In this document: in pieces, positions 8,655-17,823 of the stretch
How the letters are laid out: every line of letters begins with the position of its first letter
Numbering within the stretch: position 1 is the stretch's first letter
Source: an uncultured Lentisphaerales bacterium
Lineage (GTDB): Bacteria > Verrucomicrobiota > Lentisphaeria > JABSQK01
Direction of reading: 5' to 3'
Length of the DNA stretch: 64,000 nucleotides
NCBI GenBank assembly: GCA_964384625.1
Contig: CAYLNH010000008.1
Span: 629 to 64,628 of the forward strand
Translations under genes and position numbers: made by a program
Notes under the pieces: model-generated
Database searches by the model: none
The model's input: the letters and a program-made list of their open reading frames with translations, nothing else
What the model was told of the DNA's origin: nothing

Positions 8655-10682
8655 CTACTTGTTGAGAGCCGGCGCCTTGATCGTAGTGCCGGCGGGTTCA
8701 AGGTCGTTGTCCGGTTGGGTCAGGCGCAGCGAGAACCACCAGTCGCGGCTGCCGTTGCGGCAGCGCACAATAAGAATATTGATCCCGCGCTCCAGCGTGA
8801 TCGGCTGTTTCACCGCGTCTTCTCTGGTGTGGCCCTTCTTATCGAAGACCTTTTCGTTGTTGAGCCAGACGACCAGATCATCATCGTAGCCCAGGACCAG
8901 GCGCGCTTTGGTTTCCTTCCGGGCGGTGATTGTGGTGACGGCATAGGCGTGAACATTGTCCTTGGGACCGCTCAAGTTCCGGCGCAACTCACACTTGCCG
9001 CTCTGGAATGATGGAAACAGCCGCTGCCAGTGAACCCTGCGTTTGCCGTCTTTGCTCTTGATCTTCAGGGCCAGGTTGGGCAGGCCGCGGCGTTCTTTCG
9101 GCTGCACGTACGGCCAGGTTTTGTCGGGCGGGAACTTCAACGGACCGAGGAAAACGAAGTCCCGAAGCTGCTTGGCCGTTTGCGGCGCTTTCGGCGTTGC
9201 GTCATCGTCGTCATCGTCGTCATCGTCATCACCGTTTCGGTTTGCATTCAGGTCGACAAGATTCTCGTTGGCCGCGGTCTTGAGGCGTTCAATCTCTTTC
9301 TCGACCGCCGCCTTCTCACCGTCCGTCTTGGCGTCTCTGGCCAGCAGCATCTGCAGCCGTTCCACCGCGAAGTCGGTCTTCTCCGGGTTCTTTTTGTGGA
9401 ATTTGAGGATCGCTTCGATTTTCTTCTGCAGGACCGGGTTGATGCGGCTGCCGGGCGTGTCCGGCGGCCGCCGAGCATTCTGCCGATTCCGGGTAACGCG
9501 GCGGTCGATGCGGCGCTCCAGGTTGACCGGCGCGGGATCCTTGACCGGGTCTTCCTGCATCATCGCAAAGACGAGGCCGAGGATGATCAGGCCCAACATC
9601 AACACGGCAACAAACGCCATCACAATCAGCATGACCGGACTCTTTGACTGGTGCGCGGCCTGCTCGATCTGCATGCTGTGCATGTGCAACTGGGTCTTGA
9701 GCGCAATCTCAGTCTCCGTCCCCGGCGCATGACTGCGCAGGAGGTCCTTCATCTCGTCCACCAGCTCGCGCCAGGACTGGTAGCGTTCCTCAGGATCCTT
9801 GTCCATCATGCCGAAAACGAGGTCGGCGGTTTCAGCAGAGACCTCGGAATTCAGCTTGCGCGGGTCCGGCACGCCGGAGTTGAGGTGGTGGTGCAGAACC
9901 GTACGCGTGTCCGGGCCTTCATACGGTTTGCGGCCGGTGAGCATGAAATACAAGGTCGCGCCCAAAGCGTAAATGTCCGAACGCGCATCCAACTGCGGCC
10001 AGCCCTGAGCCTGTTCCGGGCTCATATAGTCGGCAACGCAACCGGCTTTGTTCAGATGGTCCAGGGTCAACATCGACCCGGCCAGGACCCGCTTGAAATT
10101 GCCCAGCTCGAGAATGTACGGCTCGCCTTCGTCGTCAACGACAATGTTGCCGGGCTTGAGAGAACCGTGCACCAGACCGCGCTCCTCATTGACCATGCGC
10201 AGGCAGCGGGCGGTCTTCATGGCGATTTTCAACGCATCGCGTTCCGGCATCGGGCCCTCGGCGTCGACCAGTGCCTGAATCGACGTCCCGGGCTGGAAGG
10301 GCATCACGTAGATGTGCTGCCCGGCCATCATGCCGGTTTCGACTACCGGCAGCAGGTTCGGATGGCTCAGGTCCCCCGCCCGTGACAGCGCCGCCAGAAA
10401 CGCATTCGTCGCCTGCGGCTCGACCGTAACCGCCGGCGTTAAGGCCTTGAGATAAAGCTTCTGATTGTTCGACAGCCGTTTGGCAAGGAACATCTCGCCG
10501 ATATCACCCGTGCCCAGGCTCCGCTGGATCCACAGATCGCCCTCAACCAGACCGGCGGTGATATTCGTGATCGGGACCCTGAACTGCTCTTTGCACTCCG
10601 GGCAGACCATGTCCTGGCCCACCAGTTGCGGATCGGCCTCGACCCGAACCCCGCAGACTTGACATTGAACCAGATAGCTCAT
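8655..10682 (-). CDS. Membrane-anchored Ser/Thr protein kinase: N-terminal zinc ribbon, kinase domain, TM segment, coiled coil, poly-Asp tract and C-terminal jelly-roll-like domain
   Basis: CQVCG...CPECK ribbon. Hanks kinase motifs (HGSLKPGNIVV, ADYMSPE). TM segment PVMLIVMAFVAVLMLGLIILGLVFAMM. D x10 encoded at 9201-9230. The C-terminus ...LVLGYDDDLVVWLNNEKVFDK...GINILIVRCRNGSRDWWFSLRL resembles sugar-binding beta-sandwiches. Confidence 0.9.
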   Translation of the reverse strand: MSYLVQCQVCGVRVEADPQLVGQDMVCPECKEQFRVPITNITAGLVEGDLWIQRSLGTGDIGEMFLAKRLSNNQKLYLKALTPAVTVEPQATNAFLAALSRAGDLSHPNLLPVVETGMMAGQHIYVMPFQPGTSIQALVDAEGPMPERDALKIAMKTARCLRMVNEERGLVHGSLKPGNIVVDDEGEPYILELGNFKRVLAGSMLTLDHLNKAGCVADYMSPEQAQGWPQLDARSDIYALGATLYFMLTGRKPYEGPDTRTVLHHHLNSGVPDPRKLNSEVSAETADLVFGMMDKDPEERYQSWRELVDEMKDLLRSHAPGTETEIALKTQLHMHSMQIEQAAHQSKSPVMLIVMAFVAVLMLGLIILGLVFAMMQEDPVKDPAPVNLERRIDRRVTRNRQNARRPPDTPGSRINPVLQKKIEAILKFHKKNPEKTDFAVERLQMLLARDAKTDGEKAAVEKEIERLKTAANENLVDLNANRNGDDDDDDDDDDATPKAPQTAKQLRDFVFLGPLKFPPDKTWPYVQPKERRGLPNLALKIKSKDGKRRVHWQRLFPSFQSGKCELRRNLSGPKDNVHAYAVTTITARKETKARLVLGYDDDLVVWLNNEKVFDKKGHTREDAVKQPITLERGINILIVRCRNGSRDWWFSLRLTQPDNDLEPAGTTIKAPALNK

Positions 10683-10984
10683 GTGTGTGACTGTTTCCCG
10701 AGCCCTGTGCCGAACCCGTTCCTGTTCTTCCCCTTTCCGGGATTCGGCATCCCGGCCGGCACAACGCCGGTCGGCGGGCCTCCTGTTTCATAGATAATGT
10801 ATTGTCCAATCAGGTGGTTACAAGCCTTGCCAACCACTGCCCAGCCGCGAAGAATCGGGATTCGCAGGCAGTGGATCGTGGATGGCGAACGGTGGGCGGG
10901 CGGTATCGCCGGAAGTATCCCCCACTCTGCCGGGCGAGCACCGGCCCGGCTCCCGTTTCGTATTGGGCTTGTGGTGTGCCCGGC

Positions 10985-11058
10985 TGAACTGAAGGGGATA
11001 TGGATTCTCCCAAACTGAGCTTGGCGGCGCTTCCCGGAAAGCAGAACCCCGATCCCGC
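10985..11058 (+). repeat. Dispersed intergenic repeat, copy A (most diverged)
   Basis: TGAACTGAAGGGGATATGGATTCTCCCAAACTGAGCTTGGCGGCGCTTCCCGGAAAGCAGAACCCCGATCCCGC aligns at about 70% with copy C (34347-34420). Confidence 0.8.
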
Positions 11059-11135
11059 ATCCTGTTCGCGGCATGTGAAGCCAGGGCATCGGCCCATGAA
11101 TCCGAGGCGTGAATCCGAATTTCCGGGACGACACA

Positions 11136-12140
11136 CTAGCCCAGCCCGAAACGCTGCGCCACCTCCTGACAGGTTTCCAGTCGCCGCGCCTCGAACAGCT
11201 GGGCCAGCGCGAAGTTTTCCGCGGCGATGTTCACCTCCTCCAGCGCCGACACCGGGTTGAGTCCGCCCGGCACAATCAGGCCGGTGCGCCCCTCGGATAC
11301 GGGGAACCCCAACAACGGCTGGTTCGGCTTGCCCAAGACCAGAATCCGCCCCAGACCCAAGCGCTCCAGATCGGCAAAGACAGCCTGCACGCGGTCCAGC
11401 ACCAGGGTCGGCACCTCGCGGAAGCTCGCGCCGATTCGCCCCCGCCCCGTCTGCGGGATCGATGAAACATGCGTCAAACCGCCCTTGATAAAGATCTCCA
11501 GCGGATCCAGCGAGGTGCCGTCGTAGTAAATCACGTCCGTAAACCGGATCGGCTCGCCGTCAAGATACTCCAAGACACCGCCGAATTTCGATGTCGTCGG
11601 GACGCCCCGCGCCAGCAGGGCGCCGTTGGCCGTGACACTGCAGACCGTGCCGATCGCAACCTGGCCGGCCGGCACGCGGAACTCCCCGACCTGCGTGCCC
11701 GGCTCCAGAACGCACAACCGCAGGCCCATACCGAGACCGGCACGGAATACCGGCAGCATTGCCGCCAGCGCCGGCCGGATCAGACTCGCGTGGATTAACG
11801 AAAGGTTGAGAACAATGCGGCCGCTGCCTGCGGTGGTATCCAACGTCATGCGGCACGCCAGCTCGTCCACCTTGGCGGCGGTCAGGCCCACGCGTTTCAG
11901 GACCAGAGCATCGTTGATCTCAGCTTCGCCGGCGGCCGTAATGCGGCGGCCGCCCCGGCGGCCGCGCCGGGCCGGCGCCACCAGGCCCTGGCGCTCCATC
12001 TCTTCCAGATAGAGACGCACCGAGCGCGGGCTCAGATCAAAACCGTAGGCCCCGATCCCCTCCGCCACCAGCTTGCTGCTGACTGCGCCGTCCGCCTCCC
12101 GCAGCACCCGCAGGATGGCGACTTTCTGTGCCTGATTCAT
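11136..12140 (-). CDS. nrpR: NrpR-like regulator: winged HTH plus one DUF128/NrpR domain
   Basis: 334 aa. ILRVLREADGAVSSKLVAEGIGAYGFDLSPRSVRLYLEEMERQGLV...GRRITAAG (wHTH). Then ...GRIVLNLSLI...AIGTVCSVTANGALLARGVPTTSKFGGVL...YYDGTSLDPLEIFI...GASFREVP...PGGLNPVSALEE, which matches my recollection of conserved DUF128 blocks. Confidence 0.72.
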   Translation of the reverse strand: MNQAQKVAILRVLREADGAVSSKLVAEGIGAYGFDLSPRSVRLYLEEMERQGLVAPARRGRRGGRRITAAGEAEINDALVLKRVGLTAAKVDELACRMTLDTTAGSGRIVLNLSLIHASLIRPALAAMLPVFRAGLGMGLRLCVLEPGTQVGEFRVPAGQVAIGTVCSVTANGALLARGVPTTSKFGGVLEYLDGEPIRFTDVIYYDGTSLDPLEIFIKGGLTHVSSIPQTGRGRIGASFREVPTLVLDRVQAVFADLERLGLGRILVLGKPNQPLLGFPVSEGRTGLIVPGGLNPVSALEEVNIAAENFALAQLFEARRLETCQEVAQRFGLG

Positions 12141-12209
12141 CGTCCGTCCGCTCCAAACCGTAGCTGACCCGCGACGACCCTGGCGCCAACCGCGGAATTT
12201 TCAAGAAAT

Positions 12210-12231
12210 AAATTGGAAATCCTGCCAATTT
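12210..12231. promoter_or_regulatory. Palindrome AAATTGG-N8-CCAATTT in the nrpR-gdhA intergenic region (candidate operator)
   Basis: 7+7 perfect inverted repeat read directly from the sequence, about 70 nt upstream of the nrpR ATG. Confidence 0.4.
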
Positions 12232-12337
12232 GCGCCCCTGCCTCGGGGCGGGATGTTTTTTGACAATTTTGTAATAATATGCCATAGCCTGGATAGTTTT
12301 GAGGTTAAAACTGCCAGATTAAAGCGGATTTTCGCGC

Positions 12338-13796
<1,459 letters not shown>

Positions 13797-13844
13797 GTTC
13801 TCAGCGGTTCCAGCGGGGCCTGTCCCCGCTCCGTGTTAGACAGA

Positions 13845-13886
13845 GGCCGGAGCATATGAGTACGGCATATGCTCCGGCCGTTTTGT
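13845..13886 (+). terminator. Rho-independent terminator after gdhA
   Basis: GGCCGGAGCATATG (13845-13858) pairs with CATATGCTCCGGCC (13866-13879), followed by GTTTTGTCTT. Confidence 0.8.
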
Positions 13887-14263
13887 CTTCCAGTCGGGCC
13901 GCTGTCGCCGGTCGTGAGGCGGCCCTTGCATTCGTCGCTGTCCTGCGGCGAGACGCCGCCGGGCAGACGGCGGGCAGACGCAGTTGTCTCCCGAGGACTG
14001 CGGCCCCGGGGAACATGGGCGGCCCCGGTTCAGGCTCCTCCCTGCCCGCCGCGGCGGGGGGGATGGCTGTCGAATCGCAATGCGTCAGTCACGGGGAGCG
14101 GCTCCCGCGGGCTGCTTTCCCGACACCAGCGGGTCAGGCCTCTGCCGTTGGCGGCATGCCGGCAGACGCGACACCCCGTCAACGGGCGCATTACGTCGAG
14201 TCAGGCGGCGGCCTTGATTTCGTTTTGCCGCGACGCTATCCTTGGGGGAAGGAGGCCTTGCCT

Positions 14264-14788
14264 GTGGCAACGTTGTTCGTGTTCGACTGGTCGTTGAAGT
14301 GGATCCTGGTCATCTCCGGGCTGCTCTTGCTGGCATTCTGGCTGGCCTGGCTTTCGCGGACACCGGAAAAGCGCGTTACCTATCCCTATGAACAGGTGTT
14401 GGCGCTGCTGACCGTAGGCGAACTGGACTTCTTCCATGCCTTGCGCGAAGCGGTGCAGCACGAGTTCTTCATCGCCTGCAAACCGCGACTGGCCGACGTC
14501 ATCACCGTCGAAGAGGGGGCGGCGGAGTGGCGGGCGGCCTTCAACCGCATTCAGTCGAAGCATGTTGATTTCCTGCTCTGCCGGCCGGACAGCCTGGCTC
14601 CGGTTCTGGTGATCGAACTGGACGACCCGAGCCACAACCGTCCGGACCGGATCGAGCGCGATGAGTTCGTGAACTGCGCTCTGGCGGCCGCCAACCTGCC
14701 GATCCTGCATGTGCCGATCGCCGAGAGCTGCGACCCCGACCAGCTCCAGACGAAGATTCGGGAGGCGCTGCAGGCGGGGACAACCTGA
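14264..14788 (+). CDS. DUF2726 domain membrane-anchored protein
   Basis: N-terminal TM segment (WILVISGLLLLAFWLAWL), then ...ELDFFHALREAV...FIACKPRLADVI...IQSKHVDFLLCRPDSLAPVLVIELDDPSHN...RDEFVNCALAAANLPILHV, the typical DUF2726 (restriction-endonuclease-like fold) pattern. GTG start at 14264 with GGAGG 8 nt upstream; the ATG at 14156 is an alternative. Confidence 0.65.
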   Translation: MATLFVFDWSLKWILVISGLLLLAFWLAWLSRTPEKRVTYPYEQVLALLTVGELDFFHALREAVQHEFFIACKPRLADVITVEEGAAEWRAAFNRIQSKHVDFLLCRPDSLAPVLVIELDDPSHNRPDRIERDEFVNCALAAANLPILHVPIAESCDPDQLQTKIREALQAGTT

Positions 14789-14861
14789 ATTCAACTAAAA
14801 GGTCCGCCGCAGTCAACCGCTGCCGGAGACCGGCAGCCGGGCCGGATCATGGTTTTCTGGA

Positions 14862-15755
14862 ATGTACACGCCGATCAAACAATTCATCACCTGGGCCGCG
14901 GTTGAACGCGGGTTGGCCAAAAACAGCCTGACCGCCTACGAAACCGACCTCAAACAGCTGGCGGCGTTTCTGACGGAGGCCGGCAGGACCTCCTGGACCC
15001 AGGTCTCGCGCGATGATCTGCACGATTTCCTTGATCACGCCCTGGATATGCAACAGGAATCGACCACCATCGCCCGCAAGATGGTGACGCTGAAGATCTT
15101 TTTCCGCTGGCTGTTTCAGGAACGCCTGCTGCAGCAGGACGTGACCGAGGTGATGGACAGCCCGCGAACCCGCCGCAGTCTGCCGCACTACCTGACGGAA
15201 AAGGAAGTCGGCGCCCTGCTGGAGCTCTACCGCAAGTCCAAGGACCTCCTGGACCGCCGAAACCATCTGATTGTGGAAATCCTCTACGCCAGCGGTCTGC
15301 GCGTCAGCGAACTGGTGACGCTGACGGTGGAACAGATCCAGTTCGATCAGAACGTCTTTCGCGTCACGGGGAAAGGCAGCAAGACCCGGCTGGTGCCGTT
15401 CGGCACACCGGCGCACGAACAACTGAAGTACTACCTGGAAGAAGTCCGGCCGCAACTGGCGTCGGACACACAGGCGTACGCCGAGCTGCTGTTGTCGAAA
15501 AACGGCCGGCCGTTAACCCGGGCCCGGATCTGGCAGGTCCTGAAGCAGATGGCCCTGGCGGCGGGCATCGGCAAGGAACTCCACCCGCACATGCTGCGGC
15601 ATTCTTTCGCCAGCCATCTGTTGAGTCACGGCGCCGACCTCCGCACCATTCAGGAGATGCTCGGCCATGCGGACATCTCCACGACGCAGATCTACACCCA
15701 CATCGACGAAGATCGGCTGGTCGATATCCATCGCCAATTCCACCCCAGGGGATGA
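14862..15755 (+). CDS. xerD: Tyrosine recombinase XerD
   Basis: 297 aa. N-terminal SAM-like domain (LAKNSLTAYETDLKQLAAFL) and catalytic region ...ASGLRVSELVTL...HMLRHSFASHLLSHGADLRTIQEMLGHADISTTQIYTHI. Confidence 0.9.
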   Translation: MYTPIKQFITWAAVERGLAKNSLTAYETDLKQLAAFLTEAGRTSWTQVSRDDLHDFLDHALDMQQESTTIARKMVTLKIFFRWLFQERLLQQDVTEVMDSPRTRRSLPHYLTEKEVGALLELYRKSKDLLDRRNHLIVEILYASGLRVSELVTLTVEQIQFDQNVFRVTGKGSKTRLVPFGTPAHEQLKYYLEEVRPQLASDTQAYAELLLSKNGRPLTRARIWQVLKQMALAAGIGKELHPHMLRHSFASHLLSHGADLRTIQEMLGHADISTTQIYTHIDEDRLVDIHRQFHPRG

Positions 15756-15885
15756 GAACGCCGAGCCCGACGATTCCCTGAGTGGGTTGGGAGCCGACGC
15801 CGGCGGTTTTGCCTGCAGGGCAGCCGCGGGCGCCGACTGCACGCGACGTTCTTGACAGCCGGACCCGGGAGCCGGCGGCGACAAC

Positions 15886-17577
15886 TCACTCGTCGGGGCG
15901 CAACAACGCATTGATCGCGGCCGTAACCGCCCGGGCCGCGGCCTGGTCGATATTGCTGCCGAGCCCGACGCCGATTCGCGAGATGCCGGATTCGGGATCA
16001 TTCAGCTTGATGAAGCAGATGCCTTCTGCATCGGCAGTCTTGCCGCGCGTGCCCTCTTCGTAGTCTTCCAGTTTGAAGTCCGGAATTCCGTCAAGCTGCT
16101 TGACGGCATGTACGAAAGCGCTGATCGGGCCGTTGCCTTCCGACTTCAGATGGTGTTCCTCGCCGCCGAAGCCGACATGGACTTCGCCCGCGATCATATC
16201 CGGGTCGTCCTGCATCGGTCGCGGCCAGTAATGCTTCAGCTCGATCGGTTCGCCGTGCTTCTTGTAGTGGTACCTGAAGATCGTCCACAGTTCTTTGCTG
16301 CCGAGTTCGCGTTTGGCTTCATCGGCGAAGGCCTGGACTTTCTTGGCGAAATCGATCTGCACCCAGCGCGGCATGCGGATGTGGTAATCCTGTTCCATGA
16401 CGTGGGCGATGCCGCCTTTGCCGGACTGGCTGTTGATTCGGATGAACTTCTCGAAGGTCCGGCCGACTGCCGACGGGTCGACATGGAGATAGGGGACCTT
16501 CCAGCCGCCGAAGTGACCGGCCAGCTCGTCCTTGCGCGCGAGCCCCTTGTGAATGGCGTCCTGGTGCGAGCCGCTGAACGCGGTAAACACCAGTTCACCG
16601 GCGTAGGGGTGGCGCGCGTGCGTCGGAATGCTGGTCACTTCCTCGACCAAATCGACGATCGCCGGAAGGTCGTCGAAGTTCAAGCCGGTGTCGACCCCGA
16701 GGTACTCCAGGTCCAGCGCACAGGTAACCAGGTCGACGTTGCCGGTGCGTTCGCCATGGCCGAAGAGCGTGCCCTCGACGCGGCCGGCGCCGGCCATCAG
16801 GCTCTGTACGGTCGCGGCCACCGCCATGCCCATGTCGTTATGCGAATGCAGCGACACGATGGTGTTCTCACGGAACTTCTGCCGGTTGATGAATTCCTCG
16901 ATCATATCCGCATACTCGTGCGGCAGACGCCGCTCGACTGTGGCCGGAAGATTCAGGTAGACCTTCTCATCGCCTTCCGGCGCCCAGGTCTCAACGACCA
17001 AATTGCACATCTCGACGGCGTAGTCGAGGTCGGAATCGGTGAATTCCTCCGGGGAGAATTCGAGACCGATGCGGCCGGTCATCTCTCGCGTGCCGGCGCG
17101 TATCTGCGCCGCCGACGCCTGCACCATGCGCAGCTGCTCCTCCCGCGTCTTGCCGAACACAAAGGTCCGGTGCAGGTCGCTGGAAGCAATATAGAAGTGG
17201 ACGATGGCGTTCTTGACGCCCGCCAGCGACTCCAGGGTTCTCTCGATCAACTCGGGCCGCGCCTGCGTCAAAACGGAAATTTCGACATCGTCGGGGATGT
17301 GGCCGCCCTCGATCAGATCGCGGGCGAACTGAAACTCATCCGCCGCCGCGGCGGGGAAGCCGATCTCGATCTGCTTGAAGCCGACGTCGCAGAGCAGTTT
17401 GAAGTACCGCATTTTCTGCTCGGGCGTCATGGGGTCGGGGAGCGCCTGGTTGCCGTCGCGCAAATCGACCGCACACCAGGTCGGGGACTGGGTAATCTTC
17501 GCGTCGGGCCAGCGTCGTTGTTTGATCGCAATCGGCGTCGGCCGCGAGTATGTAATGCCGGACATTCTGGATGACAT
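15886..17577 (-). CDS. leuA: 2-isopropylmalate synthase (long, LeuA type 2 form)
   Basis: 563 aa. ...WCAVDLRDGNQALPDPMTPEQKMRYFKLLCDVGFKQIEIGFPAAAADEF...SLHSHNDMGMAVA...GHGERTGN..., plus the C-terminal regulatory domain. Confidence 0.95.
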   Translation of the reverse strand: MSSRMSGITYSRPTPIAIKQRRWPDAKITQSPTWCAVDLRDGNQALPDPMTPEQKMRYFKLLCDVGFKQIEIGFPAAAADEFQFARDLIEGGHIPDDVEISVLTQARPELIERTLESLAGVKNAIVHFYIASSDLHRTFVFGKTREEQLRMVQASAAQIRAGTREMTGRIGLEFSPEEFTDSDLDYAVEMCNLVVETWAPEGDEKVYLNLPATVERRLPHEYADMIEEFINRQKFRENTIVSLHSHNDMGMAVAATVQSLMAGAGRVEGTLFGHGERTGNVDLVTCALDLEYLGVDTGLNFDDLPAIVDLVEEVTSIPTHARHPYAGELVFTAFSGSHQDAIHKGLARKDELAGHFGGWKVPYLHVDPSAVGRTFEKFIRINSQSGKGGIAHVMEQDYHIRMPRWVQIDFAKKVQAFADEAKRELGSKELWTIFRYHYKKHGEPIELKHYWPRPMQDDPDMIAGEVHVGFGGEEHHLKSEGNGPISAFVHAVKQLDGIPDFKLEDYEEGTRGKTADAEGICFIKLNDPESGISRIGVGLGSNIDQAAARAVTAAINALLRPDE

Positions 17578-17771
17578 GTGAAAACCTCGTCAGGTGTAAG
17601 AAGTGTTAACGCAGAAAAATGGAAAGGCGACGTCTAGGCCAGGCCTGTAAGTCGCAGGAGTTCGGCAGGCAGAAGCAACAGTCGCAGATTCCCGATGCTG
17701 CGACGGATGGCGGTGCGGTTCCGGACGGCGGTCTCAGCCGCCTTTTCTGTTGCTGTTGCGAACGGACTCAT
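17578..17771 (-). promoter_or_regulatory. Candidate leuA leader: 45-codon Leu-rich ORF (17771..17634) plus alternative stems and a T-rich tract
   Basis: Translation: MSPFATATEKAAETAVRNRTAIRRSIGNLRLLLLPAELLRLTGLA*. GTCGCAG (plus-strand coordinates 17698-17704) can pair with either CTGCGAC copy (17681-17687 or 17651-17657). GCGAC of the second copy can pair with GTCGC (17627-17631), which is followed by CTTTCCATTTTTCT. Confidence 0.4.
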
Positions 17772-17823
17772 GATGGGTCTCAGTTGCGTTAGACGTGATG
17801 GAGACGAGGACAAAGATAGTTAC

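Noticed and set aside
9201-9230. GAT/GAC 30-nt run as a DNA-level repeat element
   Set aside because: It is in frame inside the kinase gene and simply encodes a poly-Asp linker. It is treated as a protein feature, not a repeat element.
12233-12261. Terminator-like hairpin CGCCCC-tgcctc-GGGGCG followed by GGATGTTTTTT on the plus strand
   Set aside because: There is no plus-strand gene upstream for it to terminate (nrpR is on the minus strand). The T-run merges with the AT-rich TTGACA region. It is mentioned under the NrpR finding rather than called as a terminator.
12260-12288. TTGACA at 12260-12265 as a second promoter, and AT-rich strings as a dif site near xerD
   Set aside because: No acceptable -10 hexamer lies 16-18 nt downstream of this TTGACA. 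TAATAT is only 9 nt away. The AT-rich strings at 12266-12282 and 41800-41830 do not match the XerC/XerD dif consensus.
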